A stretch of 63,358 bases of DNA, counting the filler, from Choristocarpus tenellus KU-1152 (taxonomy: Eukaryota > Protista > Phaeophyceae): the NCBI GenBank assembly GCA_964200185.2. It is 13 parts of 13 records of this genome, joined end to end, with 100 filler letters (N's around TTAATTAATTAA, not from the genome) between each part and the next. Parts side by side here need not be neighbours in the genome. Positions count along the whole stretch, not along the records: positions 46,235 to 54,000 come from CAXNAD020005615.1; positions 54,101 to 57,555 come from CAXNAD020019918.1; positions 57,656 to 60,541 come from CAXNAD020023925.1; positions 60,642 to 63,358 come from CAXNAD020025347.1; 9 more parts are not named here. The stretch is one strand, 5' to 3'. The first letter of the stretch is position 1; each line of letters begins with the position of its first letter. Both the position numbers and the translations under genes were made by a program. Shown here piece after piece: positions 51,381 to 63,358 of the stretch. The notes beneath the pieces were generated by a model. It was not told the origin of the DNA, ran no database searches, and worked only from the letters and a program-made list of their open reading frames with translations.

Positions 51381-52129
51381 CTTGATCTCTTGAGGTTGGG
51401 AAATGAGGCGGTAGATATAACTGTTGTGTGCTGCCTATTCTTGACCTGCGTCGAAGGTTAAGTGTTTCGCTGTTAGTACTCACAACTATTGTGTGTGTAG
51501 TGGTTTGAAGGTGCGAAGTGGTGTTCGTTGTAGGGACCATATCTATCGGGAGAATGGCATACATCAACATCCAACATCCCGTGATTTTGTCACTACATCA
51601 AAGTGATGAATTCCAAAGTTCACAAATCAACCATTTTATATTTCTATACATATTATCTCAATTCAAATTTCAAATATTGTTTTCATATGGACTATTATTT
51701 GTATTCTATATTTGATACTGAACTCGATAACACCAGAATCTTCTTTTTAGCAAATATATATAATATTATGCCCTCAGGGGGAAACCAATGAAAACTATAT
51801 ACATACGCAAATATCGTGCGTTGCAAATTTATCAATGATCTTGATCATCTTAGACTTGAACACAATCTAGTACTCTTCATTATCGCAGACTAGATTAGTT
51901 CATTATGTTGAGTTTGACGAGGGATATTTTTGGTTGGTCTCTGATTATCAAACTTCATTTTCTTGGTTCATCATCTTACATATTTGATCTAAGGTGTTTT
52001 TCTTCCATAATTTCTATTCTTCCCTGTTGTTTATTCCGTTTCTTTTATCCTCTTTTTTTTCTACATATTTGTAATATTTCTTGTTTATGGATATTTTTCC
52101 CCAAACTTCAAATATAAAAGTAGATATAG

Positions 52130-53900
52130 GTTGTAATTATATAAGAGAGGTCGATATAAGAGATAACGGGATATAAGAGAGGGTAAATTGCCTTATCATG
52201 ACTTCTCAGGGTATAAGAGACGATTCGACATTTTCCACCCAATTCTCTCCTCTATTTAGGAAACTGCCAATTTTTTGTCACTACTTGACAGACGAATTTC
52301 TCATAAAGCCATGTCTAACGCTAAGCAAAATTTAGCAAAGGAAGGCACAAAGCTGCTCAAGACCATCAGTACACAGCGTAGTAGTATTTTGTCTCTCAGT
52401 ACTGCATAGTACAGTACGTATCGTATATCATATCAAGTTTACACGACTGCATTGTACAGATATAACGATGCCCTGTGCAGCAGGATCCAGCTGCAACATA
52501 CAGGGTAATGCTCTTGGTCCGCCACACTATACATGCCAGAAATGTCGCATTTGTAGCTGCTATCTCCACTGCATTTACGGTGTCGTGGATCCTTTCAGCA
52601 CCACTAGCAAAATGAAATGCGTGTGCAAATTGTGCGTGAGCCTCACCAAGTGCAAGACTTTGAGCTCTCCAACTGGTGACAACATGGTGTCGAAGCGCCA
52701 CGATAACAAGAACAAGGGCAAGGGGAAGGTGCTGCCAAATAAATCTACAGAGAAAGACATGTCCTACAAGCCTCACAGTGCCGATAATCCTAAACGCTTG
52801 GGCTTTGCAGTGAAGGTGGAAACTTTGACACTCCTGCAGACCATGACGGGAACTGCGGTTGCTCAAAAGTTTGAAATCGGTTACAGCACCCTCTACAAGT
52901 TGAAGAAGGAGATAACAGCCATTATGGAGAAAGCCCAGATGCTGAAGAGTAAAAGTATCTTAGAGGGTACGAGTTTTTCTCTGTTTGTTTGTCCATTTTG
53001 GGCTTGGCTTCCCACAGGTTTTCAATGACATTTTACCTACTCCAAAATGTTTTGCAATAGGTACAATGTGTATAGAACAAGGGATATTGACATATCGTAA
53101 CAAACACAATAGCCAAAATTACATCAAATTGCAAAATTGGATTTTGGCCCCCAAACGGACGGGGCTCTACCCTTTAACATGCTATGACTCTGAAGTCTGA
53201 CACTAAGTCTAGGTGGGGTGCCAAACATGCCGAGGTGTGTTAGCGCGTGGATTGAAAGTCTGAAAATAGGTTGATTGTGATTGTGATTGAATTGTCTTTC
53301 TGCACTGTCTGTTGATGAGGATCTCATCAAAATGAATATGTCCAAAATTTGCATGCTTTTCTGTCATACTGCAATGTTTGTAATGTGTGCCGCAGTATCA
53401 CAGGTGGGCTTTTTGCTTGTAGAGGTACGTCCCACAAGGTGTCCCTATATTAATGAGTATCTCTCCGATGCTCTTGGCACTCTGCACCTCAAACCCGATG
53501 TAAAACCCCCTCAGGCTTCCATCGACGCAGTGAGAGAGTGTGGATCGGTGTGGAAGACAACAATGAAGTGACCAATGCAATACTAGAGGACATGAAAGAC
53601 CCACTCCTGGAGGAATCCTTGTACCAGTCAGACAAATGAAAGTTCAGGTGACGAGAATGATGATGGATTTATGGGAGGGGGCAGCGCATCAGGAACCATA
53701 AGGAAAGGAGCAGCCTCTTTAATGTTCTCGATTCCTCCACATCGCCGTACTCTCAAGTAGCTGACGAGTTTGCAAGCTTAGAAACAACCGTCAAAGAGTG
53801 CAGCATGAACGATGTTTCCGGAAAGCAAAGCTCACTTGACTCAGCGATATCTAGGCAAGGACATTCAAACAAACGGAGATCCGTGATTCTTTTGGCAGTA
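52130..53900 (+). mobile_element. pogo/Tigger-like element, defective (Cys-rich N-terminus plus CENP-B-type HTH, ORF from 52468)
   Basis: Four TATAAGAGA repeats (52140, 52155, 52172, 52212) upstream; KRLGFAVKVETLTLLQTMTGTAVAQKFEIGYSTLYKLKK is CENP-B N-terminal HTH-like; no DDE domain recognised. Confidence 0.65.
52947..53190 (+). mobile_element. MITE family A, TSD TGAA, nested in the pogo-like ORF
   Basis: TGAA at 52943-52946 and 53191-53194; removal restores the frame QMLK-SDTKSRWGAKHAEV. Confidence 0.93.
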
Positions 53901-54241
53901 GCGATTATTTTATTAGGGAATAAGTGTTATAGACGCCCCTCAATGCTCACCTTCCAGGATGTACAACTCAAATCCAACGACCTTAAAACGACGCTATGGG
54001 NNNNNNNNNNNNNNNNNNNNNNNNNNNNNNNNNNNNNNNNNNNNTTAATTAATTAANNNNNNNNNNNNNNNNNNNNNNNNNNNNNNNNNNNNNNNNNNNN
54101 CCCCTCACAAACCACCCCCCGCCCCCCAGATACTTTGACCCCATGCCAAGAGAACGAACAAGAAGCAGCCTTGCCATACCCACCTCTATCGACGCCCTTT
54201 CATCCCTCCTTTTCCTTCTTACTTATTATATACTTATGCAC

Positions 54242-57200
54242 CTGTAAGCAGGAACTCTCGTAACAGTGAGACCTAGAGTTTCCGCCACCTTGGAATCCAC
54301 TCGGTCAAAGCCAGCACACCTGTTGCAACAAATATGCAGCAGCGCTTACGGCAGTTACAAAAGGTGTCACCAACTACGTAGTTGTAGTTGCTGCTGGGGT
54401 TTAAAGCCTGTGGAATGCGTGTGCCAATAGTCACGACGGCAAAGGTGGGAGAGATAGTCTGCAGCCGAGAGTTAGTACTCTTGTCGAGATCTACTGAGGA
54501 GTCGCCTTGGTCAAAAATTGCATTTCATTCTGGAGGACGCAGTGGGGTGTAGTACAAGCAGGAGAATCCGGTATTGTGAACGCCACGAGCCTTTATCCAA
54601 GTCAATTGCACCACTGCTGTGGTGAGGTACGTAACTGTGTCCACGGAAGCGCGGTGTACATAACAATTCTGTTTGCAGTTACTGTCATAATCAAAGTGCT
54701 CAACCTGCAGCCCTTACTAGAGGTACGCAAAGAAAATACTGTATAATATGTATATAGTTTTCATTTGTCTTCCCCCCGACACATCTGCAAAATGTTAAGA
54801 GGGTACGAGTTTTGCCCTGTTTGTCCATTTGGGGCTTGGCTTCCCTTGTTTTTTGTTTTTTTTTACATTTTCCTACTCGAAAAAATTTGGAGTAGGTAAA
54901 ATGTACACATTATGAAAAGGTGCCGGAACAAGGATATTGACACTTCTTAACAAACGCGATAGCCAAAATTACATTGAAATCGCAACATTGGATTTTGGCC
55001 CCTAAATGGACGCAGCTCTACCCTCTAAGATACTTTGGCTCAATATATACACACAATTGTCAGTGTCAGCAGAATGTTATGACTACTGTGAAAGAGACCG
55101 ATGACAGTATGGAGTAGTGAACATATACCATCATAAGGTATATTTAGTATATTATTATGAATACATCATAAGGTCATACCGATTTGCTGATCTGTCCAAC
55201 ACCTGGTTGGTGGAAATGTTTGATTCGGCCTCAAAACCGTCAGCTATAATCGGTACTACATTATGAAAAAGTTTGGCACCTGCAACAGATGATGTCTGAT
55301 GCAGAATGTGATACGGGCAACACCCTTCCCATTGTACTAGACTGTTTTTCCTTTGGTAGGACATGATCAGACCTTCACTCAAACGCAAAGTGCGACCAAT
55401 GCATTGGTACAGCACCTATGCATAGGAAGGATGAGATAACAATTCTTACAGTGCAGTGCTCAGTTGGAAGGAGATGCAAATTGACACAGCCAAACATCTA
55501 TGCAACAAGTTGACTATCGCCTCATCTTTCGAGAGCAGATAAAAAACGTAATGGAGAGTGGGATCCACGGCAGGGTAGTAGTAGTAGTAGTAGTAGTGTT
55601 TGCAACGCTTGCATCTAACCCAATTGTTCGACCCTTGCCAGTGACACACCTGAAAAACAAACTTACAACAGACTACTCCAGGAGTGCATGCAATGCAAAG
55701 GACTCAAATGAGAAGAGGCAGGTAGACAGAAGTATGGCACATCACAACTCTCAATTGATTTCGAAGTGCCCAGTCATACTGTCAAGTTGAGATCTGTTTT
55801 CAGTTAACCTGAGAGGGCAACAGCTTTATACCCGGGTCACTCTTTCACTCTTCAATGCAAGGATAATAAAAAAATATGTGTTGCATCAATAAAGTACTCT
55901 CTAAGCACAGCACATTACAGCAATTTCGTTGTCACGTTCTTGCTGAAAGTTTTACTATTGAGTGCTCAAACACTTCAAGGCTACCCTAAGCCTACGATGC
56001 ATTCACTCTTAGGGTCAGGGTTACCTCATTAAGTGCTTCCAATGTCATTATATTATTATATTTTTCAGTAACGTATCATGAATACAATGTCCATATACCT
56101 CATGGCAATCATGCGCACTCCCAAGATGCTCAGTGACTTGAGCACAGGAGCACTTGCATCATCGTTGACAAACAGGCACACCACACCATACCTGCCCAGG
56201 GGGTGGAAACAGACAGGACACACACACACAGTAAGTGTGTGCATCAGGTTTGTCATGAGGTACAGGGGTTAGGGTTATGGTTAAGATCAATTGTATGGGG
56301 GATTGGGATGGGAGGGTGGGGTCGGATAACTCCGGGGATACACGTCAGAAGTTGTTGTGCACCATGTAAGCTGTGCCTGCAATGCAGCTGCCAGTGGATT
56401 AGGAAGGTACATCAGTGCAAGGGCAGGAGGGCAACGTTCCTAGAGCATCATTCCCAACTATAATATGGTGGCTAGGGTTAGGGTTGGAGTTGGGGGTGCT
56501 ACAACTTGTGAAAAAAAACCCTGGTAAAAACAGTAAGTCTAAAACAGAGTGTCTTCTTCTCATTGATCAGGTAGTTTAAAGTTAGGCTAGACATATTGAC
56601 GAATGCTCGATGAGGAGTCAAGACAAAAAAAAAAATGAAGATCAAGAACTAAGAAGTACGATAATCGGTGCAAAGAAGAACATTGCACCAAAAGAGATCA
56701 CAGCACAACCCAAATAGGCACTTAGTTTCACATTTCAGTGAAGTCAACAGGACAGGTTTGATCTGCGAATCTCCCTGCCCACGACATCAACAGCAGAATG
56801 AAATAACCCACGGCATCGCTTTGAAATAAGAAATAATTCTCAAAATTTCTGTTCTCAATACTTCTAAGTAGGCGTTTGCATTGAGTTCTAATTGTCTTAC
56901 CGCTACAGCACACACCACAGAGTACTCCAAGGGCAATGGTGTGAGCATAGTAGCACAGAAAATACTTGTTCAACAGTTCAGTAGCAAGTGGTTGCCTCAC
57001 ACTAACCTTCAATCCTAAGACTTGAACATTGAAGTTTCGAGATTTTTCACTGATCTTAGCTACCAACTTCCTACCAGCGTAAGAAAAAACAAAATAATTG
57101 AATTACAAACATAGAAGCATGGCGGTAGTGACCTCGGCATCCTGAGGCACAGAGGTAGATAAGCGAGGTCTGACGGCAGGTCTCATTAGCTTGTCTTCTC

Positions 57201-57555
57201 GGAGGTTCAAAAGGAAAGTAGAGTGCAAATGTAGATGGCAACACAGTGCGCACTTCAAACGGTAACTGGTGAGGGGTATTTTGGACACTTCCTCTAACGT
57301 GCATGTTTTACGTTGTACCTACATAGTGAAAGCCAACCAGTGCATTTCTTTACAGCTACATTTTCACATATATTATGCTTTTTTTTCTTTGGAAGAGCAA
57401 TTTGCTAGGTGCTGCTGAACGAAATTTTGTTGTTGCAATTTCCCTCATATGAGAGCCCCTCCCCTCCCCCCCCCCCACCTCCCCCTACCCAAGAACAACG
57501 ATCCAAGCTATACAAGGCCTTACCCTGCAGCAGAAGTAGCAGATGAGGATGAGAG
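54242..57555 (-). CDS. ldhA: NAD-dependent D-lactate dehydrogenase (LdhA-type 2-hydroxyacid dehydrogenase), partial; exons complement(join(54242..54319,56099..56191,57524..>57555))
   Basis: Spliced LSSSSATSAAG|YGVVCLFVNDDASAPVLKSLSILGVRMIAMR|CAGFDRVDSKVAETLGLTVTRVPAYS matches LdhA VCxFVND, RCAGF..VD and RVPAYS motifs; both junctions phase 2. Confidence 0.9.
54796..55041 (+). mobile_element. MITE family A, left terminus replaced by family C sequence; lies in an ldhA intron
   Basis: Intact right TIR and interior; the left side begins at AGAGGGTACGAG. Confidence 0.9.
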
Positions 57556-60091
57556 NNNNNNNNNNNNNNNNNNNNNNNNNNNNNNNNNNNNNNNNNNNNT
57601 TAATTAATTAANNNNNNNNNNNNNNNNNNNNNNNNNNNNNNNNNNNNNNNNNNNNCCCCCCTACAAGGGCAGCTTTTATTTGTTCATTAGGTTTGTTTTG
57701 CCTTGTTTGATACCCCTTGTAGATTTAGATGATCTTTGTCGAGGGATGCACCATTCCTGCATCACAATGTTTAAATGGGCTTGAGGCTTATTTCATGTCA
57801 TTTCTATTTTTTGCAAGCTCTTTGAAATCGTTGCCGTTCTGAGCAACTTCTGCGTGTGGATGTGTAGGGGTTGTTAACCAAAAACTATCAGGCGAGTATC
57901 TTTCGTAGAGCTCACTTTTTCCCCACAAGGTGAGTGTGTGTACGATATGGTTGTGGCGATCGCCAGATTTCTCATTGAAGATCGGTCAAGAAGGTCTTTC
58001 CCGAGGTTGAAATTGGTTAAGTACTGGCGCAATGTGGTGCCATACAAAATGACCTTCACTGTCACGGTCCCTAAGTGTTGGTACTGAGTCCCTTTTGACC
58101 AAAGGACTGCCTGGCGTTGATGCACACTATATCTACGTATCTGTATGTATTTATGTATGTATGTAAAAAGGGCCCCAATGGAATCTCACCAAGCATGCTT
58201 TGGCGACCCTTTCCAAAGTTGAAAACACATGAGAGATGGAAGTAATAGTTGATGCAGGTGATTGAAAAGAGCGAGGTGCTAAAGTAGGGGAGGGGTCGTG
58301 ATTTTTTCTTTTTTGCTCGAAGTGAGAGGGGCTCTGGAACGCAACGGCTGTTTTCTTCTATATGGTAGTTGTGGTTGGAGACTGTGGGTAGGATCGTGAG
58401 GGCGAATGGCAAGCATGGCAAGCACGCATCTGGTGGGTTATTTGCGGGTATTTACTTTTTGTTTTCTTTCCTTGTTCAGCTTGAGTTCTAACGTTTTGTG
58501 AGGCAGGCGGTACAAACTGATTGAACTGATGCTGAAGAGAGGGAGGGAGGGAGGGGATTGCTGAGCGAAATTGTAAGTGTGGTCAGTGTCTGTCCAAAAA
58601 GGCTTCGGTTGAGTTTGAAATTAGTGGAATATGTGTTATTTGTATTATTTAGGTACACCATCGATTGGCGCCTTTGCAGGTGTTAATTTTCCAAGAACAA
58701 ATCAGCCGGTGTGGGCCTTTATGTAACCCTAATAGCCAAACAGATTTTGTTATTATTAGTAGTAGTATTATTATTATTGTTGTCATTATTATTGTAATTA
58801 TCATTATAGTGAGAAATCACTCCACCAGTGAAGTAATATGCCTATAGTATGATATTGAGTTGAAAGGTTACAATTAGTGGTTAGTGGTTGCTGCAACAGT
58901 TGGGTGAGTGGAACTATACCTCTTCTGTACCGAGGACAATGGTGGTCAACATGTATGGTACGATCAGGTGCCCTTAAGGAGCACGGTGAGAGGAATCAAT
59001 CAAAAGTAGAGATGATGCAGGCAACGCAGTCGTTTTATGTGTGTACAATGTGTAGACCAAGACACATACGTGTGAGGATGAACAAAGTATAGTGGGCCTC
59101 CTTTAGCACATTGAGCGCTCTCATTGTCGAAGTTAAAGAATACAAGCATGGTACATATTAAAAAAAAAAAGTGGGCACCAAAGATGATGCATATTAAAAA
59201 AAAACTGTAGTTCCTCCCTACTTCCTAATGATTTTTTTTTTTCCGGTAGAAGAAGAGGGTATCTATCAATAACAGAAGGCGCAGCGCTGACGTCTTTGTG
59301 TGTACAGGGCACCCCCGAAATTTGTAAAATCAGAAGTATATATATAAAAAAGTATGATACCCGTGTATAAGAATGAAGTATATATAAAAAACATAAAATC
59401 AGCGACGCGCCGATTCTGAGAATTCTGAGAACGAATTTTAGATTACTGCCAACTAGATATTCGAGGTGATTCGGCAGATCTTTATGACGTTGTGAGGTAT
59501 ACCTCCAATATACATGCACCCATATATATATATATATATAATACTGATGGTGGTATATAAATGTATATTTGTGTATGTGTACCTCATTCTGTCATCTTAC
59601 CTGTACCTTTCCTGCTGCGAGGTCTTCTACTGTGACCCAATCGGCAGCACCCGTGCTTTTCCCCAACCGCAACCCCGAGGTTTCAGTATTCATCAGTACA
59701 GTTTTTTTTTTCACTGGATTTTTTTTTTTGTTCCCATGGCGGCTTGTATTTCGAGGCGTTGGTATTTATTTGTGCATGGGTTCCGTGGGGGGAAGTCAGC
59801 ACTGTTGACAATAATTGTCATGTTCATAGAGCTAGGAACAGAGAGGTACTGAGAACTGTAGCATTCTATCAAGAGTAGTGACGGAATGACAATGTGGCTC
59901 TCGAGACATTGTGAGGAATTAAGTAGTGGAGTCATTTGTATGGAGCACCTGTTCATGCTTTTCCAACAGCCTGCAATCCTCCCACTGAACAAGCAGTGTA
60001 CTTGTACAGTTTATTGACTCTCCTCTGCCCCCTCCCCTCCCCTTCCCTTCCCCCTCCTTGTCTCGTGGTTGTCCTGTGGTTGGATGTGAAG

Positions 60092-60154
60092 GGGGAGGTA
60101 GATGATATGGTGAAGTTGTACACAGAACGGGGGATGTCTCATGAAGATGCCAAG
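60092..60154 (+). CDS. VIT1/CCC1-family vacuolar iron transporter, single internal exon
   Basis: AG-[GEVDDMVKLYTERGMSHEDAK]-GTGAGA resembles the VIT1 E..EM..IY..KG.S.EDA segment; flanking exons not resolved. Confidence 0.6.
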
Positions 60155-60641
60155 GTGAGAGAGAGATTGATGAGGGGGGGGGAGGGTAGATTGGGAGTCA
60201 GTTGGAAAGGTGAGGGTAGTATTCGTTGCGCCTTAAACAGAAACTTTTATCAATACTTGTGCCAATGGTGGCTTTTGTTGGTGGAGATGTTTGCAACTGG
60301 GCAGGACAGTTTTTGAATGCTTTTAGAGTGTCAAGAAGCAAGAAGAATGGATCCTGTTTCTCATGTTCATGTAAGGTCTCTTTGATAGGGGTAACGCTAT
60401 GTTACCTATGAGGAGAGGGATACATATGAGACCAATGATGCCTACGTGCAACTTTGGCTCTGAGAAGGGGTCCTCACATGTTCCCCCCCCCCCCCCTTGC
60501 TTCCCCTTAAGTAAGGGGTTTCTCTTGGGCCCGAAGCAGTTNNNNNNNNNNNNNNNNNNNNNNNNNNNNNNNNNNNNNNNNNNNNTTAATTAATTAANNN
60601 NNNNNNNNNNNNNNNNNNNNNNNNNNNNNNNNNNNNNNNNN

Positions 60642-61330
60642 CGCATGAGGATGATAACGACCGTCCAGGGTCCCCTACTGTGCAGCACAAGAGTCATATC
60701 CCCCAAACCATGATCATTGCAGCCAACACCCGCCCGGATTCGATTCACAGCTTTGGTGGAAAGCTTGGTGTTTGGCGTGTGTGTGCGCCAAACACGGCGG
60801 ACAGGACAAGCAAGAACCATAAAAAGGGGGATGGGTATGAGCAGGACTGTACTTTGGACCATTTGTGGTACAGGAAGTGGTATACGAAGGAGTCACTGTC
60901 TGCAATCAAGACCAAGATGCCTTGGTTGCAGGGGAAGCACATTGTCATTCAGCAAGACGGTGCCACCTCCCACACGGGCAAGGGCAACTCAGAAATCTTG
61001 TCAGGGGAAGGGAAGAGTGAGGGGTGGTTGATTAGGCTTGTTACACAGCCATCTAACTCCCCCGACCTCAATATCATTGACCTGTGCTTCTTCAGGTCTT
61101 TGAAATGCCGGGTGATGGGGAACGGTTTGGGTCCGTAGAGGAGATGGTGAAGGTTATTAAGAAACAGTATGAGGAATATGATGAATCACACTTGAGAGGG
61201 CCTGGTAGCTCCTTTTTGTGATGTACAATCAAATACTTAGATAGGGTGGAATGAGTTCAGTGTGGAGCACACAGGGGGAAGGAAGAGGCAGTTGTATGGT
61301 GAGCTTGAAAACAAACTGAAGGTAGACGTG
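60642..61330 (+). pseudogene. Tc1/mariner transposase of the plant-type DD39D clade, C-terminal part, frameshifted
   Basis: QHKSHIPQTMIIAANTRP...FGGKLGVW...IVIQQDGATSH...GWLIRLVTQPSNSPDLNIIDLCFFRSLK; frameshift near 61120 and stops downstream. Confidence 0.9.
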
Positions 61331-62213
61331 GAGGCTTTTTCTGTGACTGATAAAATTGTGATGGATGGGGAGTAATATAATAAAAAGAACTGACCCTAAC
61401 CAGAAAGTCGTCAAGGATTCCAGATCTTCTTTCAGAAATGAATTTCGCCAACATCTTCAACAGTTATGGACAACGCAGAACAGACTTTGTCATGGAGGTA
61501 GTGTTTTTTATTTATTTGTATTTTTTAGAATATCTCACATTTCTCTTTTAATATTTATTTGTTTATTTTCTTTGTTCTGACCCTACCATCTTCTTTTCCT
61601 TTTTTTCTCTCCTTTTTTGTTGCTCTCATTAGCCATTATTTTTTTCTTTGTACTATTTTCTCATTCTATTCTTTTGTCATTGCCTGTTCTGCGCATTTCC
61701 AGCCTTGAGTACACTTTTTGTGCTTGGGGGGCATTGGACAGGCAATCAACATATATCCTGTAAGTCATGCATAGTATAAGGGTTGTGAGTCTTTTCCTTG
61801 ATAGCACTTCCGATGCAGACACAGCATAGAACCTTGCAGTGTATAGAACAGAAACCCAGGGGTATGCATTACTCACATTTGTGATTGGGAAGGTTGGAAC
61901 AGAGGGCCCGTTAATTGTAGCCCTAATCAGAACTATATACTTTGTAAATTTTGAAGGTCTGGTTCAGAAAGAACATATGCATATACTCAGATTAGGCCAG
62001 ATGCAATTTGTCGGAGATTGTATCCTTTGACCTTGTGGACCGACACTTTCAAAGGGAACATGGGTATTAATCGATCACATTTGTGATTAGGGAGATCGGA
62101 ACTGGGGACCCATTTATTTTAGGCCATGTCAGACAGATGTATGCTTTGTAACTTTTGAGGGTGTATTTCAGAAGGAGTAATTGTATACTCGGATTAGACC
62201 AGGTGCAAACTGA

Positions 62214-62472
62214 GAGTGAAAGTATCTTAGAGGGTACGAATTTTGCCCTGTTTGTCCATTTAGGGCTTGGCTCCCCACAGGTTTTTGATGAAATTTTACC
62301 TGCTCCAAAATGTTTCGGAGTAGGTAAAATGTTTATGTTATGAAAAGAAGTGTCCACAACAAGGATATTGACATCTCCTAACGAACATGATAGTCAAAAT
62401 TATATCTAAATTGTAACATTGGATTTTGTCCCCCAAATGGATGCGGCTCTGCCCTCTAAGATACTTTGACTC
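62214..62472 (+). mobile_element. MITE family A copy, flanks TGA/TGA, inserted in one unit of a ~200-bp diverged duplication (61874-62040 vs 62075-62505)
   Basis: Intact TIRs; the uninterrupted duplicate approximates the empty site. Confidence 0.93.
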
Positions 62473-63358
62473 TGACTCTGGTGGTATTCTGTGACCCTTG
62501 GGACAGATTATCCCAAGGAAAACAAGGATATTTATTGATCCATTTTGGGCCTAGTTGGATTTATATACATTTTGTTATGAAAGTATATACTCTGATTTGG
62601 TCAGACATATTGATTCTGACTGTGTCTTAAGACTATTGGGGATCCATTCCCAAAAGAAACTAGGAGATATGTCAATCATTATTGGAAGCAACTGGTTAAT
62701 TTGGAACTGGAGTCCCTTTGTTGGAAACAACTGGCAAATTTGGAATTGGAGCCCCTCTGTCATTAAATGGAAACCAATACATGCTGCCGCAGCACGATCT
62801 GGGGTGATGGATGGTATTTGTTGTCTTGACCCGTGACAATCGTCTGTGGTAAGCGTGAAACATGTATACCTAGTTCACGCTGGGGGGCATGTTACAGGCG
62901 AATAGTGCAAGTATTTCTTCCCGCGATCTAACAAGCGTTAGCAGTATACACGCGTGAGGAACCTCGTAAATAGGAACTACGACCATTTCCAAGTTACAGA
63001 TCTTACTCTGTAACTTGGGAATATATGCAACGACTTTTCAGATATATTCCAACTTCTGTAAACCAGAACAAATAAACGGTAGATGAAAAGAGAAACAAAA
63101 GAGTGTTGTATAATCAATGCCACCTCTTCACTTTTCTATTTTGATACCATATTCTAATATACTGATATTGATTGAGAAAAGTACCTTGCTCTGCTGACCT
63201 AACGCTCGTTAAGCTCATTGGACCTGTTGACTGTCGGAGTATCCTCGGAGGCTTGTATGAGCATCAACATTATCTGTAAGTCTGTGGAGATTGGAGCTAC
63301 ACATACATCCCGTGGAGGTGGGTCAAAGTATCTGAGGGGGGGGGGTGGTTTGTGAGGG

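Overview
This window is not a continuous locus. It is 13 short contigs (about 2.7-7.8 kb) joined by an artificial 100-nt spacer (N44-TTAATTAATTAA-N44), so adjacency across spacers has no biological meaning. The DNA is eukaryotic and rich in GT-AG introns and transposons; gene families and TE types suggest a brown alga or related photosynthetic stramenopile (inference). Most six-frame ORFs are spurious. Manual exon stitching recovers a bacterial-type HU protein, RNA polymerase III subunit RPC2, ESF1 head-to-head with ATAD3, the 3' half of an NPC1/Patched-family gene, a Pmp/adhesin-like membrane protein, a complete secreted bacterial-type Spondin_N protein (222 aa), an LdhA-type D-lactate dehydrogenase and one VIT1/CCC1-like exon. 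The rest is mostly decayed Copia, Ngaro/DIRS, CRE/RLE LINE, pogo and mariner elements. The most notable signal is a set of at least three non-autonomous DNA-transposon families with unrelated interiors that share a terminal code, N5-AAAGTATC (two also share a subterminal GTCCATTTGGG), with 3-4 bp target duplications. I see no CRISPR array, rRNA or intact tRNA, and no convincing new multi-gene system.
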